Positions 12,555 to 23,795 of a stretch of 64,000 bases of DNA are shown here, piece by piece. The translations under genes were made by a program, and so were the position numbers. Origin of the DNA: Centroscyllium fabricii (lineage: Eukaryota); the NCBI GenBank assembly GCA_051313645.2, contig JBNRSN020000007.1, positions 140,740,001 to 140,804,000 of the forward strand, written 5' to 3'. The notes below the pieces were generated by a model, which saw only the letters and a list, made by a program, of their open reading frames with translations, did no database searches and was not told the DNA's origin. Within the stretch, counting starts at the first letter, position 1; every line of letters begins with the position of its first letter.

Positions 12555-14428
12555 AGAATCATAGAATCATAGAAGATAGGAGCAGGAGTAGGCCATTCGG
12601 CCCTTCGAGCCTGCTCCGCCATTCAATGAGATCATGGCTGATCTTACACGTTCAGTACCCAGTCCCTGCCTTCTCCCCATATCCCTTAATCCCTTTAGCC
12701 TGAAGAAATATATCCAGTTCCCTCTTGAATATATTCAATGAACCGGCCTCCACCACCCTCTGTGGCAAGGAATTCCACAGGTTCACCACTCTCTGTGTGA
12801 AGAATTTGCTCCTCATCTCAGTCCTACAAGGCTTACCCCTTATCCTTAGACTATGCCCCCTGGTTCTCGACTCCCCGGCCATCGGAAACATCCTATCTGC
12901 ATCTAACCTGTCCAAGCCTGACAGAATTTTATAAGTCTCGATGAGATCCCCTCTTAATCTTCTAAACTCCAGCGAGTATAAGCCCAGACTACACAATCTC
13001 TCCTCATAAGTCATTCCTGCCATCCCAGGTATCAGCCTGGTGAATCGTCGCTGTACTCCCTCCATGGCAAGAACATCCTTCCTCAGATGCGGCGACCAAA
13101 ACTGCACACAATACTCAAGGTGTGGCCTCACCAAGACCCTGTACAGCTGCAGCAAGACATCCCTATTCCTATACTCAAACCCTCTTGATATAAAGGCCAA
13201 TATACCATTTGCCTTTTTAACCGCCTGCTGCACCTGCATGCTCACCTTCAGTGACTGGTGCACAAGAACACCCACATCTCTTTGCACTTCCCCATCTCCA
13301 ATCTATTGCCGTTCAAATAATACTCTGCCTTTCTGTTTTTGCCACCAAAGTGGATAACCTCACATTTATCCACATTATATTGCATTTGCCATGTGTTCGC
13401 CCAATCCCCCAATCTGTCCAGGTCGCTCTGGAGCTTCCCGACATCCTCCTCAGAGCATACTCCCCCTCCAAGCTTAGTGTCATCTGCGAATTTGGAGATG
13501 TTACATCCAATTCCCTCATCCAGGTCATTAATATATATTGTGAACAGCTGGGGTCCCAGTACCGACCCCTGTGGTACCCCACTAGTCACTGCCCGCCAAT
13601 CAGAAAACGACCCGTTTATCCCAACTCTCTGTTTTCTATCTGCCAACCAGTTCTCTATCCACGCCAATACCTTGCCCCCAATCCCATGAGCCTTAATTTT
13701 GCCTGCCAATCTCCTATGAGGGACCTTGTCAAAGGCTTTCTGGAAGTCCAGATAAACCACATCTACTGGCTCTCCCCTATCTATTTTATCGGTTACATCC
13801 TCGAAGAATTCCAATAGATTAGTCAAGCACGATTTACCTTTTGTAAATCCATGTTGACTGTGTCCGATCCCATCACTCTTAGTCAAGTGATCGGCTATTA
13901 CGTCCTTAATAATGGACTCTAGCATTTTGCCCACAACCGATGTAAGGCTTACCGGTCTATAATTCCCCGCCTTCTCTCTACCCCCCTTTTTGAATAGTGG
14001 GGTAACATTAGCTACCCTCCAATCCCTGGGCACCATTCCAGAGTCTATTGAGTTCTGGAAAATGATCCTCAAAGCATCTGATATCTCCAGGGCCACTTCC
14101 TTAAGCACCCGAGGATGCAGATTATCAGGCCCTGGGGATTTGTCGGCCTTTAATCCTTTCAATTTCCCGAACACCATATCCTTAGAGATATTGATTTCTT
14201 TCAGTTCCTCCCTCTCATTAGTCCCTATGTTCCCCGACATCCCCGGGAGGCTATTTGTGTCCTCCTCCGTGAAGACAGAACCAAAATATGAATTTAATTG
14301 GTCCGCCATTTCCTTGTTCCCCATTATATAATCTCCTGATTCGGACTGCAGGGGCCCGACTCTGGATTTCACCAGTCTCTTCCTTTTAATGTATCTGTAA
14401 AAGGTTTTGCAGTCAGTTTTTATGTTTG
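12555..14428 (-). mobile_element. 5'-truncated CR1 LINE inserted in the RT of copy D
   Basis: ORF2 RT motifs KSPGPD, YLDFQKAFDKV, GVPQGSVLGP, KFADD; (ATTCTATG)n 3' tail; one frameshift near 13300; Gypsy RT resumes on both sides. Confidence 0.95.
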
Positions 14429-16512
14429 CCTGCAGCATACGCCCGACCTCCGACCTGATAAATGTCCGATCCCCTGCACTGTAACGCCGACTCTTAGTAG
14501 CAATGGGTTTGCAGTTGGGGTCGAGGTTGGCGAACAGCGATGGGGGGTCGACTTTCAAGGTGGAAAGGTCGCAAGTCGGGCTCAGCTTTAGAAAGGGATT
14601 GTCCCGGCTACTGACGGTGAGGGGGGCCAGGGTCCCGCCGAACTCTATTGTCACGCTCTTCAGGTGGCACTGGAAGTCCAGTCCCAGTAAGACTGGGGCG
14701 CACAACTGCTGGAGTATGTACAGTTTAAAATGACGGTACACGCAGTCCCTGACTGTGAGCATGACGGAGCAGTAGCCGGTGTGGACGCGGTGGCGGTGCC
14801 CGGAGTTCGCACGCAGCGGGCCGCGGTGGCTGGGTTGGCGGCGCCCGTGATTCGCATGCAGCGGGCCGCGTTGGGCGAGATGCCGGCGTTGGGGGGTTGC
14901 CCATGGCCGGCCGCGGCCGAGTTTGGCGTGGCGGTGCCCGTGCTGTGTGCGCGGCCGGCCTCTGCCGTATCAGGGTGGGAGACGGGGGCGCTTGTACTCT
15001 ACCCCCGGACCGTCGCTGGGTCGCGCTGCAACTGCAGCTTACCTGAGGCCAAGGGCCGGCGTCGGAGCTCTCGCAGGCCGCGCTGTTGTGTCTGGAGCTG
15101 CTGGGTGCTGGGGCCGATCTGCAGGCCCTGGCGTAATGTCCCTTTTTCCTACATTTCTCGCAGGTCGCGGTCCTCGCGGGGCATTTCGCTCGCTGGTGTA
15201 GTCCCTGGCCGCAGAAATAACATCTTTAATCCGCCGGCGTCTTCGCAGCTGCCGCTGCCGTTGTGGAGGTCTTGACCTGTCGTGGGGCCGCCCAGGAGTC
15301 GAAGGTGGCTTGTGGGCCTTGGCCACTATACGCCTCTAATTGGCATCGTGCGCCATCCACCGCGTTGGAGAGGGAGATCGCCTCTTCCAGCGATAGTGTC
15401 TCTTTCTCCAGCAGCCGCTGGCGGGCCTGGGTGGACCTGATCTCCATCACGTAGGCGTCCCGGACGAGGAGATTCGCCTCCTCCTGTGCCGTCCGTGCCT
15501 TGCAGTCACAGGGCCGGACGAGGGCTTGGAGCGCCAACAGGTACTGTTCGTTGGACTCACCAATTCGTTGTTGTCTGGTCGCCAGCACGTGTCTGACGTA
15601 GACCGAGTGGACCGGGCGCACATAGCATGCCTTCAGTTTCTCCATGGCTTCTGTGTACGTTTTAGCGTCGCGGATGAAGGAGTATACCCGGCTGGAGATC
15701 CTAGATGTGAGAACGTGAAGTTTGTTCCCGTCGGTTGTCGCCTTGGCGGCCTCCATGTAGGCCTCGACGAGACTGAACCAATGTTCAAATGCGTTGGCGG
15801 CGGCTGGGTCCTGTGGACTGATGTCCAGCTTTTCGGGTTTCACAGCGCCGCTCTCCATTTTAGTTTTAAAGCGAATAAAATTGACGTATCGTCAATGAAT
15901 CAAAGATGAGTAGTTACCTTAACTATAGACTTTTATTCGCTTTACAAAGGAGCTACGCTCCGGTCGAACATCGAGTACAGAATGAATGGGGGCAGGTCAG
16001 ACCCCACCTATAAGGCACTCACCTGAGGGGAGGAGTTAGAGGTGTGGCTGACCTGACCCCGCGACAGTGTCGTAATACAAAAACTATGTACAGTGCACCC
16101 AGCCGCTATACATGCTGGTTTATAGTGTGCTTAACTATTACAGTGGTAATAACGGTTACCACATAAGTTCAATTTGATCACCGGCCTTCTGGTCCTCTGA
16201 GACCGGCGTAGTTGAACTGGTGTTTGTCGGATCTCCCCCGTTCTGTCCCTTGTGTTCATCTCTGGACCACACAGGTCCCTTGACTCGTGGTCCCCCCTGT
16301 TGCATTCATCCATCTGTGGCGATTCTCTCATCTTCTCTTCCTCTCTCTTTCGTGAGGGCAGAATGCCTCAGTCGTTTTAAATAGGTGCCTCCTGTTTCTG
16401 CGGTAAACCTTGCCCGTCTCTGTCATGACATTGTATGACCTGTGAGCAACCTGTTGCAGGACTGTGGCTTTCTTAGACCATGACTCTGGCCCTTGAATAC
16501 AGACCATGTCCT

Positions 16513-19500
16513 TGTGGTAAACCACTATGTATATATTTGTATCATATCCATGGCCTGTAGTATTGTGTATATAGTTCTCTGTGTACTGCTTGTCTGGGCA
16601 TGCCCGTGCTGACTCCGCCTGTGACTCCTCCTCCCAGGACAGGTATAAAGGTAACTGTCTCCCTCCCCCCGATCATTCCGGGAGCAGTCGACTAGCTAGG
16701 GCATGCCCAAGCTTTAGTGAATAAAAGCCTTTATTCACCATGTAACTTCTCGTTTCTGAGGTTATTGATAAGGTATCAATTTTATTCGCTAAATTTAATC
16801 ATGGAGACCATGCTCAAACCAGCGACGTTAGAACTGGATCTCCAAACAACAGGCGCCTCTAACACGTTTACGCACTGGTTCAACTGCTTCGAGGGGTACC
16901 TCGAAGCCACCGTGGCGATCGTCCAGACGGAAAGGGACAAGCTGCGCCTTCTCAACGCCCGGGTGGGCCCCCAGGTGTACTCAATAATCGCGGACGCTAC
17001 GTCCTACACTGAGGCGGTCCGAATCCTGAAGGCCGAGTATACCCGGGCACCGAACATCGTCCATGCCAAACACCTTCTGGCCACCAGAAAGCAACAACCC
17101 GGGGAATCGAGCGTGGAGTTCCTACGAGCGCTGAGAGTCCTCTGCTGGGCCTGCAACTGTAAGGCACAGTCAGCCTTGGTGCACTCTGAAAGCCTCATCA
17201 GGCACGCTTATGTCACTGGCCTCAGGTCCGATTATATTCGCCAGAGACTGTTGGAGCAGAATGGCATGGACCTGCAGGCGACAATCGAACTTGGGAATGC
17301 GCTGGACTTGGCGTCCCATAATATGGCCGCTTACTCGGCCGACAACGCGGGCACATCGCGGATGCCGCCATCTTGGAAACAGCCGGCCGCACCGCGACCA
17401 GCGGAAGAGATGACTGCGGCTACAACCTCAAAAGGGCCGAAGTGCTACTTCTGCGGCCAGGCCCAGCACCCCAGGCGAAATTGCCCAGCAAGAGACGTGG
17501 CCTGCTCCAAGTGCGGGAAGAAGGGCCACTATGCGAAGGTATGCAGAGCGGCGGCGCTATCGTCCTCCAAACCGGGCAGCGCCGCGTGTGGCCCGTGGGG
17601 GCAGCCATCTTGGACACAGCCATCTTCCACACAGCCCGCCGCGTGGGAGCAGACACCATCTTGGACATGGCCACCTTCCACACAACCCACCGCGTGGCGG
17701 CAGCCATCTTGGGACCAGGCCCCGGACATCTCAACCGACTCGACCGACCCGATACTGGCCTCCATCACACTCGACCAGAACAGGAGCCAGCCACTGAGCA
17801 AATCAATGATGACGGAACAGGTGAACGGGCGGAGTACGGATTGCCTTTTCGACAGCGGGAGTATGGCGAGCTTCATACACCCTGATACGGTAAAGCGCTT
17901 CTCCCTAATGGTCATGCCGGCTAGCCAAAACATTTCGATGGCGTCAAAGTCCGAATCTGCGGACGTCTGCGGTCGTTGCGTAGTAACCCTGACAGTGTGG
18001 GGCGCGCACTTCCAGAATTTTAAATTATTCGTGCTGCCGCAGCTCTGCGCTCCCTTACTGCTGGGCCTCGACTTCCAATGTCACCTCCAGAGCGTGACGA
18101 TGGCGTATGGTGGGCCCCTTCCCCCGATCACGGTCAGCAACCAGCACTCCCCGCAGTGCCCACAGCGCACTACCTGCGGTCTCTCGACCCTTAAGGTCGC
18201 CCCTCCCTCACTCTTCGTCAACCTCACCCCGGACTGCAAGCCCGTCGCCACCAAGAGTAGGCGCTACAGTACCGGGGACAGAGACCTCATCAAGTCTGAG
18301 GTGAAACGGCTCCTGAAGGAGGGGGTCATCGAGGCCAGTAATAGCCCCTGGAGGGCACAGGTAGTAGTTGTAAAGACCGGAGCCAAGCACCAGATGTTCG
18401 TTGACTACAGTCAGACCATTAACTGGTTTACGCAGCTAGATGCGTATCCCCTCCCCCGCATAGCGGATATGGTGAACCAGATCGCCCAGTATCGGGTCTG
18501 CTTGACCATCGATCTGAAGTCTGCGTACCACCAGCTCCCCATCCGCTCAGAGGACCGCCACTATGCTGCTTTCGAGGCAGACGGCCGCCTCTATCACTTT
18601 CTCAGGGTTCCGTTTGGTGTCACCAACGGGGTCTCGGTCTTCCAAAGGGAGATGGACCGAATGGTTGATCAGTACGGACTGCGGGCCACCTTTCCGTATC
18701 TCAATAATGTTCCCATCTGCGGCCACGATCAGCAGGACCATGACACCAACCTCCAGAAATTTCTCCACACCGCCAAAAATTTAAACCTGACTTATAACAC
18801 GGAAAAATGTGTGTTCAGGACAACCCGCCTCGCCATCCTTGGCAGTGTTGTGGAGAATGGGGTCATCGGTCCCGACCCGGACCGCATGCGCCCCCTCCTG
18901 GAGCTCCCTTTCCCCCACTCCCTCAAGGCCCTGAAAAGGTGCCTGGGGTTCTTTTCATATTATGCCCAGTGGGTCCCCAACTACGCGGACAAGGCCCGCC
19001 CAGTACTCAAATCAACCTCCTTTCCCCTGTCGGCAGAGGCCCGCACGGACTTCTGCGGCATAAAACAGGATATTGCAAAGGCCGCGATGCACGCTGTGGA
19101 CGAGTCCATCCCGTTCCAGGTAGAGAGCGATGCGTCCGACTTTGCCCTGGCCGCCACCCTTAACCAGGCAGGCAGACCCGTGGCCTTCTTCTCGCGCACC
19201 CTCCAGGACCCCGAAACCCGACACTCTTCCGTTGAGAAGGAGGCCCAGGCCATTGTTGAAGCAGTGCGACACTGGAAGCACTACCTGGCCGGCAAACGAT
19301 TTACCCTGCTGACTGACCAACGCTCAGTCGCGTTCATGTTCAACAACAAAGAGCGGGGTAAAATCATGAATGACAAGATATTGAGGTGGAGAATTGAGCT
19401 CTCTGCTTTCAATTATGAATATTCAATGAACCCCCAGACGCCCTGTCCCGTGGTACATGTGCCAGCGCACAAGTGGACCGTCTCCAGACCCTGCACAACG

Positions 19501-21015
19501 ACCTCTGCCACCCGGGGGTCACCAGGTTCGTTCACTTTATCAAGTCCCGCAACCTCCCCTACTCCATCGAAGAGGTCAGAACCATGACCAAGAACTGCCG
19601 GTTCTGTGCGGAGTGCAAGCCGCACTTCTTTCGGCCGGATCGGGCACATCTGATTAAGGCCACCCACCCCTTTGAGCGACTCAGCGTCGACTTTAAAGGG
19701 CCCCTCCCCTCCTCTAACCGCAACGCGTACTTTTTAAATGTCATTGACGAGTACTCGTGTTTCCCCTTCGCCATCCCCTGCCCGGACATGACCTCCTCCA
19801 CGGTCATCAAGGCACTGCACAGCATCTTCTCCCTGTTCGGCTACCCCAGCTACATCCACAGCGACCGGGGGGCCTCTTTTATGAGTGACGAGCTGCGTCA
19901 GTTTCTGCTAGCCAAGGGCATCGCCACGAGCAGGACTACCAGCTATAACCCCCGGGGGAACGGACAGGTAGAGAGGGAGAACGCCACCGTCTGGAAGGCC
20001 ATCCTATTAGCCCTACGGTCTAAAGGCCTCCCAGTCTCCCGCTGGCAGGACGTCCTCCCCGAAGCGCTCCACTCCATTCGGTCACTTTTATGTACGGCCA
20101 CTAACGCCACTCCTCACGAGTGACTTTTGCCTTCCCTAGGAAGTCAGCTTCAGGGACCTCGCTGTCGTCATGGCTATCGTCCCCGGGACCCGCCCTGCTC
20201 CAGAAGCACGTGAGGGGCCATAAGTCGGACCACCTGGTCGAACGGGTCCACCTCCTGCACGCCAACCCCCAGTACGCCTACGTGGCGTACCCTGACGGGA
20301 GGGAGGATATGGTGTCCATCAAGGACCTGGCACCCTCGGTGCCCCCGAGACCAGTACGACCCATCAGCCCGCACCCCCCCCTGCATACCGCCACCTTTGG
20401 GGCACCAGCACCACGGTATGTCATACCCCTCGAGGCGCCGGCACCAGCACCATGGTACGCCCACCCAGCACCTGCAGGCAGCACGGTATGTCCCCCTAAC
20501 CTACGCACCCGCCAGCCGGATGACGAATGGGAGAGCGCGCCAGGGATTGTTACCGCAAGGGGCCCTGCATCGGATCAAACGCTCTCGCCGACCCCGCCGT
20601 CGCCGACTCCACCGCCAACCATGCGCCCACCGACTCCACCGCCAGCGGTGCGCCGCTTGACAAGGCAGACCAGGCCGCCCGACAGACTTAACATTTAACG
20701 ACTGCATAGCATTCGCCCCGCCAGACTTTATTTTTTAACAAGGGGTGAATGTGGTAAACCACTATGTATATATTTGTATCATATCAATGGCCTGTAGTAT
20801 TGTGTATATAGTTCTCTGTGTACTGCTTGTCTGGGCATGCCCGTGCTGACTCCGCCTGTGACTCCTGCTCCCAGGACAGGTATAAAGGTAACTGTCTCCC
20901 TCCCCCCGATCATTCCGGGAGCAGTTGACTAGCTGGGGCATGCCCAAGCTTTAGCGAATAAAAGCCTTTATTCACCACGTAACTTCTCGTTTCTGAGGTT
21001 ATTGATAAGGTATCA
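16513..21015 (+). mobile_element. Full-length Gypsy copy E (4.5 kb) with two 266-bp LTRs and a 5-bp TSD
   Basis: LTRs 16513-16778 and 20750-21015 (about 6 differences by eye); TSD GTCCT at 16508-16512 and 21016-21020; PPT AAGGGGTGAA. Confidence 0.97.
16801..20698 (+). pseudogene. gag-pol polyprotein of copy E (2 CCHC knuckles, protease FDSGS, RT, RH, integrase), disrupted
   Basis: ORF pieces 16717-19587, 19473-20123, 20120-20698; frameshifts near 19420 and 20120; RT motif reads YLNN versus YLDN in relatives. Confidence 0.92.
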
Positions 21016-21024
21016 GTCCTTTTC

Positions 21025-23795
21025 ATAAGAACATAAGAAATAGGAGCAGGAGTAGGCCAATCGGCCCCTCAAGCCTGCTCCGCCATTCAACAAGATCATG
21101 GCTGATCTGATCCTAACCTCAATTTCACTTTTACTCTCCATCCCGCCCAAACCCATGTGATCACCTGGGAGAAGTGAAAAACCAGATAAAAAACCCAGTG
21201 GCCAATTTGGGAGAAAAATCTGGAAAATTCCTCTCCAACCCATCTGGGCGATTGAAAACTGGTCCAGGAGATCACATGGCCGATCTGAACCTAGCCTCAC
21301 GTCCACTTACCTGCCCACTCACCATAACCCCTAACTCCCTTTACTTCCAGGAAACTGTCTATCTCTGTTTTAAATTTATTCAATGTAGTAGCTTCCACAG
21401 CTCTCTGGGGCAGCAAATTCCACAGCCCCACCACCCGCTGAGTGAAGAAGTTTTACCTCATCTCAGTTTTGAAATGGCAGCCCCTTATTTTAAGATTATG
21501 CCCCCCAGTCCTAGTTTCACCCACCATTGGGAACATCCTCACCGCATCCACCCGATCAAGCCCTCTCACAATCTTAGATGTTTGAATAAGATCGCCTCTC
21601 ATTCTTCTGAATTCCAATGAGTAGAGGCCCAATCTACTCAAACTCTCGTCATATGTCAGTCCCCTCATTCCCGGAATTAACCTAGTGAACCTTCTTTGCA
21701 CTGCCTCGAGAGCAAATATGTCCTTTCTTAAATATGGGTACCAGAACTGCACGCAGTACTCCAGGTGTGGTCTCACCAATACCCTGTACAACTGCAGCAA
21801 GACCTCCCTGCTTTTATACTCCATCCCCTTAGCAATAAAAGCCAACATTCCGTTGGCCTTCCTGACCACCTGCTGCACCTGCACACTAACTTTTTGTGTT
21901 TCCTGCACCAGGACCCCCAGATCCCTTTGCACTGAAGTACTTGCCAGTTTCTTTCCATTTAGATAATAACTCGCTCTATTATTTTTCCTGCCAAAGTGCA
22001 TAACTTCACACTTTCCAGTATTATATTCCATCTGCCAAATCTCTGCCCACTCACTTAGCCTATCTATGTCCTTTTGCAGGTTTTTAATGTCTTCCTCACT
22101 CATCACACTCCCTCCCATCTTTGTGTTATCTGCAAACTTTGATATGTTGCACTTGGTCCCTTCCTCCAAATCATTAATGTAGATTGTAAAGAGTTGGGGT
22201 CCCAGCACCGACCCTTGCGGAACACCACTAGTCACTGACTGCCAGTCTGAGAACGAACCATTTATCCCAACTCTCTGCTTTCTGTTAGAAAGCCAATCCT
22301 CCACCCATGCCAGAATATTACCCCCAATCCTGTGATTTTTTATCTTGAACAATAATCCTTTGTGTGGCACCTTGTCAAATGCCTTTTGGAAGTCTAAATA
22401 CACTACATCCACTGGTTCCCCTTTATCCACCCTGTATGTTGTGTCCTCAAAGAACTCTAGCAAATTTATCAAACATGACTTCCCCTTTTTAAAACCATGC
22501 TGACTTTGTCCTATTAAATTATGTTTATCCAAATGCCCTGTTACTGTTTCCTTAATAATGGACTCTAACATTTTGCCAAACCACAGATATTAGGCTAACT
22601 GGTCTATAATTTCCAGCCTTCTGTCTTCTACCCTTTTTAAATAAAGGCATTACATTAGCAGTTTTCCAATCTGCCGGGACCTTTGCCGAGTCCAGAGAAT
22701 TAAAAAAAATTATTACCAATGCATCCACATTCGCCACTTCCCTCAAGTCCCTAGGATGTAAAGCCATCAGGTCCAGGGGATTTATCTGCCTTAAACCCCA
22801 TTATTTTACTGAGTACCACTTCCTTAGTGACTTTAATTGTAATTAGCTCCTCCCCCCTAGAGCCCCCTGTTTTTTCAGTTTTGGGATATTTTTAGTGTCC
22901 TCTACTGTAAAGACTGATACAAAATATTTGCTCAGCATTTTTGCCATCTCCATGTTCCCTACCATTAATTTCCTGATCTCATCCTCTAAGGGACCAACAT
23001 TTACTTTAGCCACCCTTTTTCTTTTTATGTAACTATAGAAACTCTTGCTATCTGTTTTTATATTTTTTGCTAATTTACTTTCATAATCTATCTTCCCTTT
23101 CTTAATCAATCTTTTTGTTATTTTTTGTTGACTTTTAAAAGCTTGCTGATCTTCTACCTTCCCACTAGATTTGTCTACCTTATATAACCTTGTTTTTAGT
23201 CGGATACTCTCCTTTATTTCATTACTTAGGCACGGATAGTTGTTTTTTCTTTTATACCCTTTTTTCCTCAGTGGAATATATTTTTTCTTGAAAGTTCTAA
23301 AATAACTCCTTGAATACACACCACTGATCATGCACTGTCTTACACTTTAATCTGTTTTGCCAGTCCACTTTAATCAATTCCGCTCTCATACCATCATAGT
23401 CTCCTTTATTTAAGCTCAGTACGGTTGTTTGAAATCCAACCCTCTCACTCTCTAATTGAATCTGAAGTTCTCCCCGTGTTCATGCGGGTTTCCCCCGGGT
23501 ACTCCGGTTTCCTCCCACCACCCAAAGACATGCAGGTTAGGTGAATTGGAACTGCTAAAAATTGCCCATGAGTATGTGTGTGAGATATAGTTCTTAGAGT
23601 TGGGGGTGTTGGGGGATATGGGTAGGAGGGGGGGTGCTGGGTTTGGATGATCAGCCATGATCTCAACAAAATGACAGAGCAGGCTCGAAGGGCCGAATGG
23701 CCTACTCCTGCTCTTATCTTCTGTGTTTCTGTGTTTCTGTGACCATGTTATGGTCACTCATTCCAAGGGGATCCTTTACAAGGACATTTTTTATT
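21025..23795 (-). mobile_element. CR1 LINE (5'-truncated at the endonuclease SDH motif) with an extended 3' UTR
   Basis: RT ORF pieces 21453-22571, 22552-22767, 22843-23331; (TTCTTATG)n tail at 21025; DPLGMSDHNM at 23745-23775. Confidence 0.92.
23468..23740 (+). mobile_element. 5'-truncated HE1-like SINE inside the CR1
   Basis: Core GGTTTCCCCCGGGTACTCCGGTTTCCTCCCAC and CR1-type tail; same subfamily as 51742-52116. Confidence 0.85.

Larger units (their letters stand above)
7421..16163 (-). mobile_element. Gypsy copy D: 5' LTR 15882-16163, gag 15858, partly deleted protease, RT, RH, integrase; 3' part tandemly duplicated; interrupted by a CR1 and a SINE
   Basis: ORFs 15226-15858 (gag), 11266-12504 (RT YLDN, RH), 9721-10677 and 7575-8495 (integrase). 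Truncated 3' LTRs at ~7421-7555 and ~9570-9701 match the 5' LTR. Confidence 0.92.

Noticed and set aside
16779-16800. Canonical tRNA PBS downstream of the 5' LTRs
   Set aside because: No TGG start in any of the six junctions; the sequence is explained by self-complementarity (no tRNA database search was run)
16508-21020. Sequence-specific target site for the Gypsy lineage
   Set aside because: The two confirmed TSDs (GTCCT, GATAG) and the single flanks show no convincing consensus
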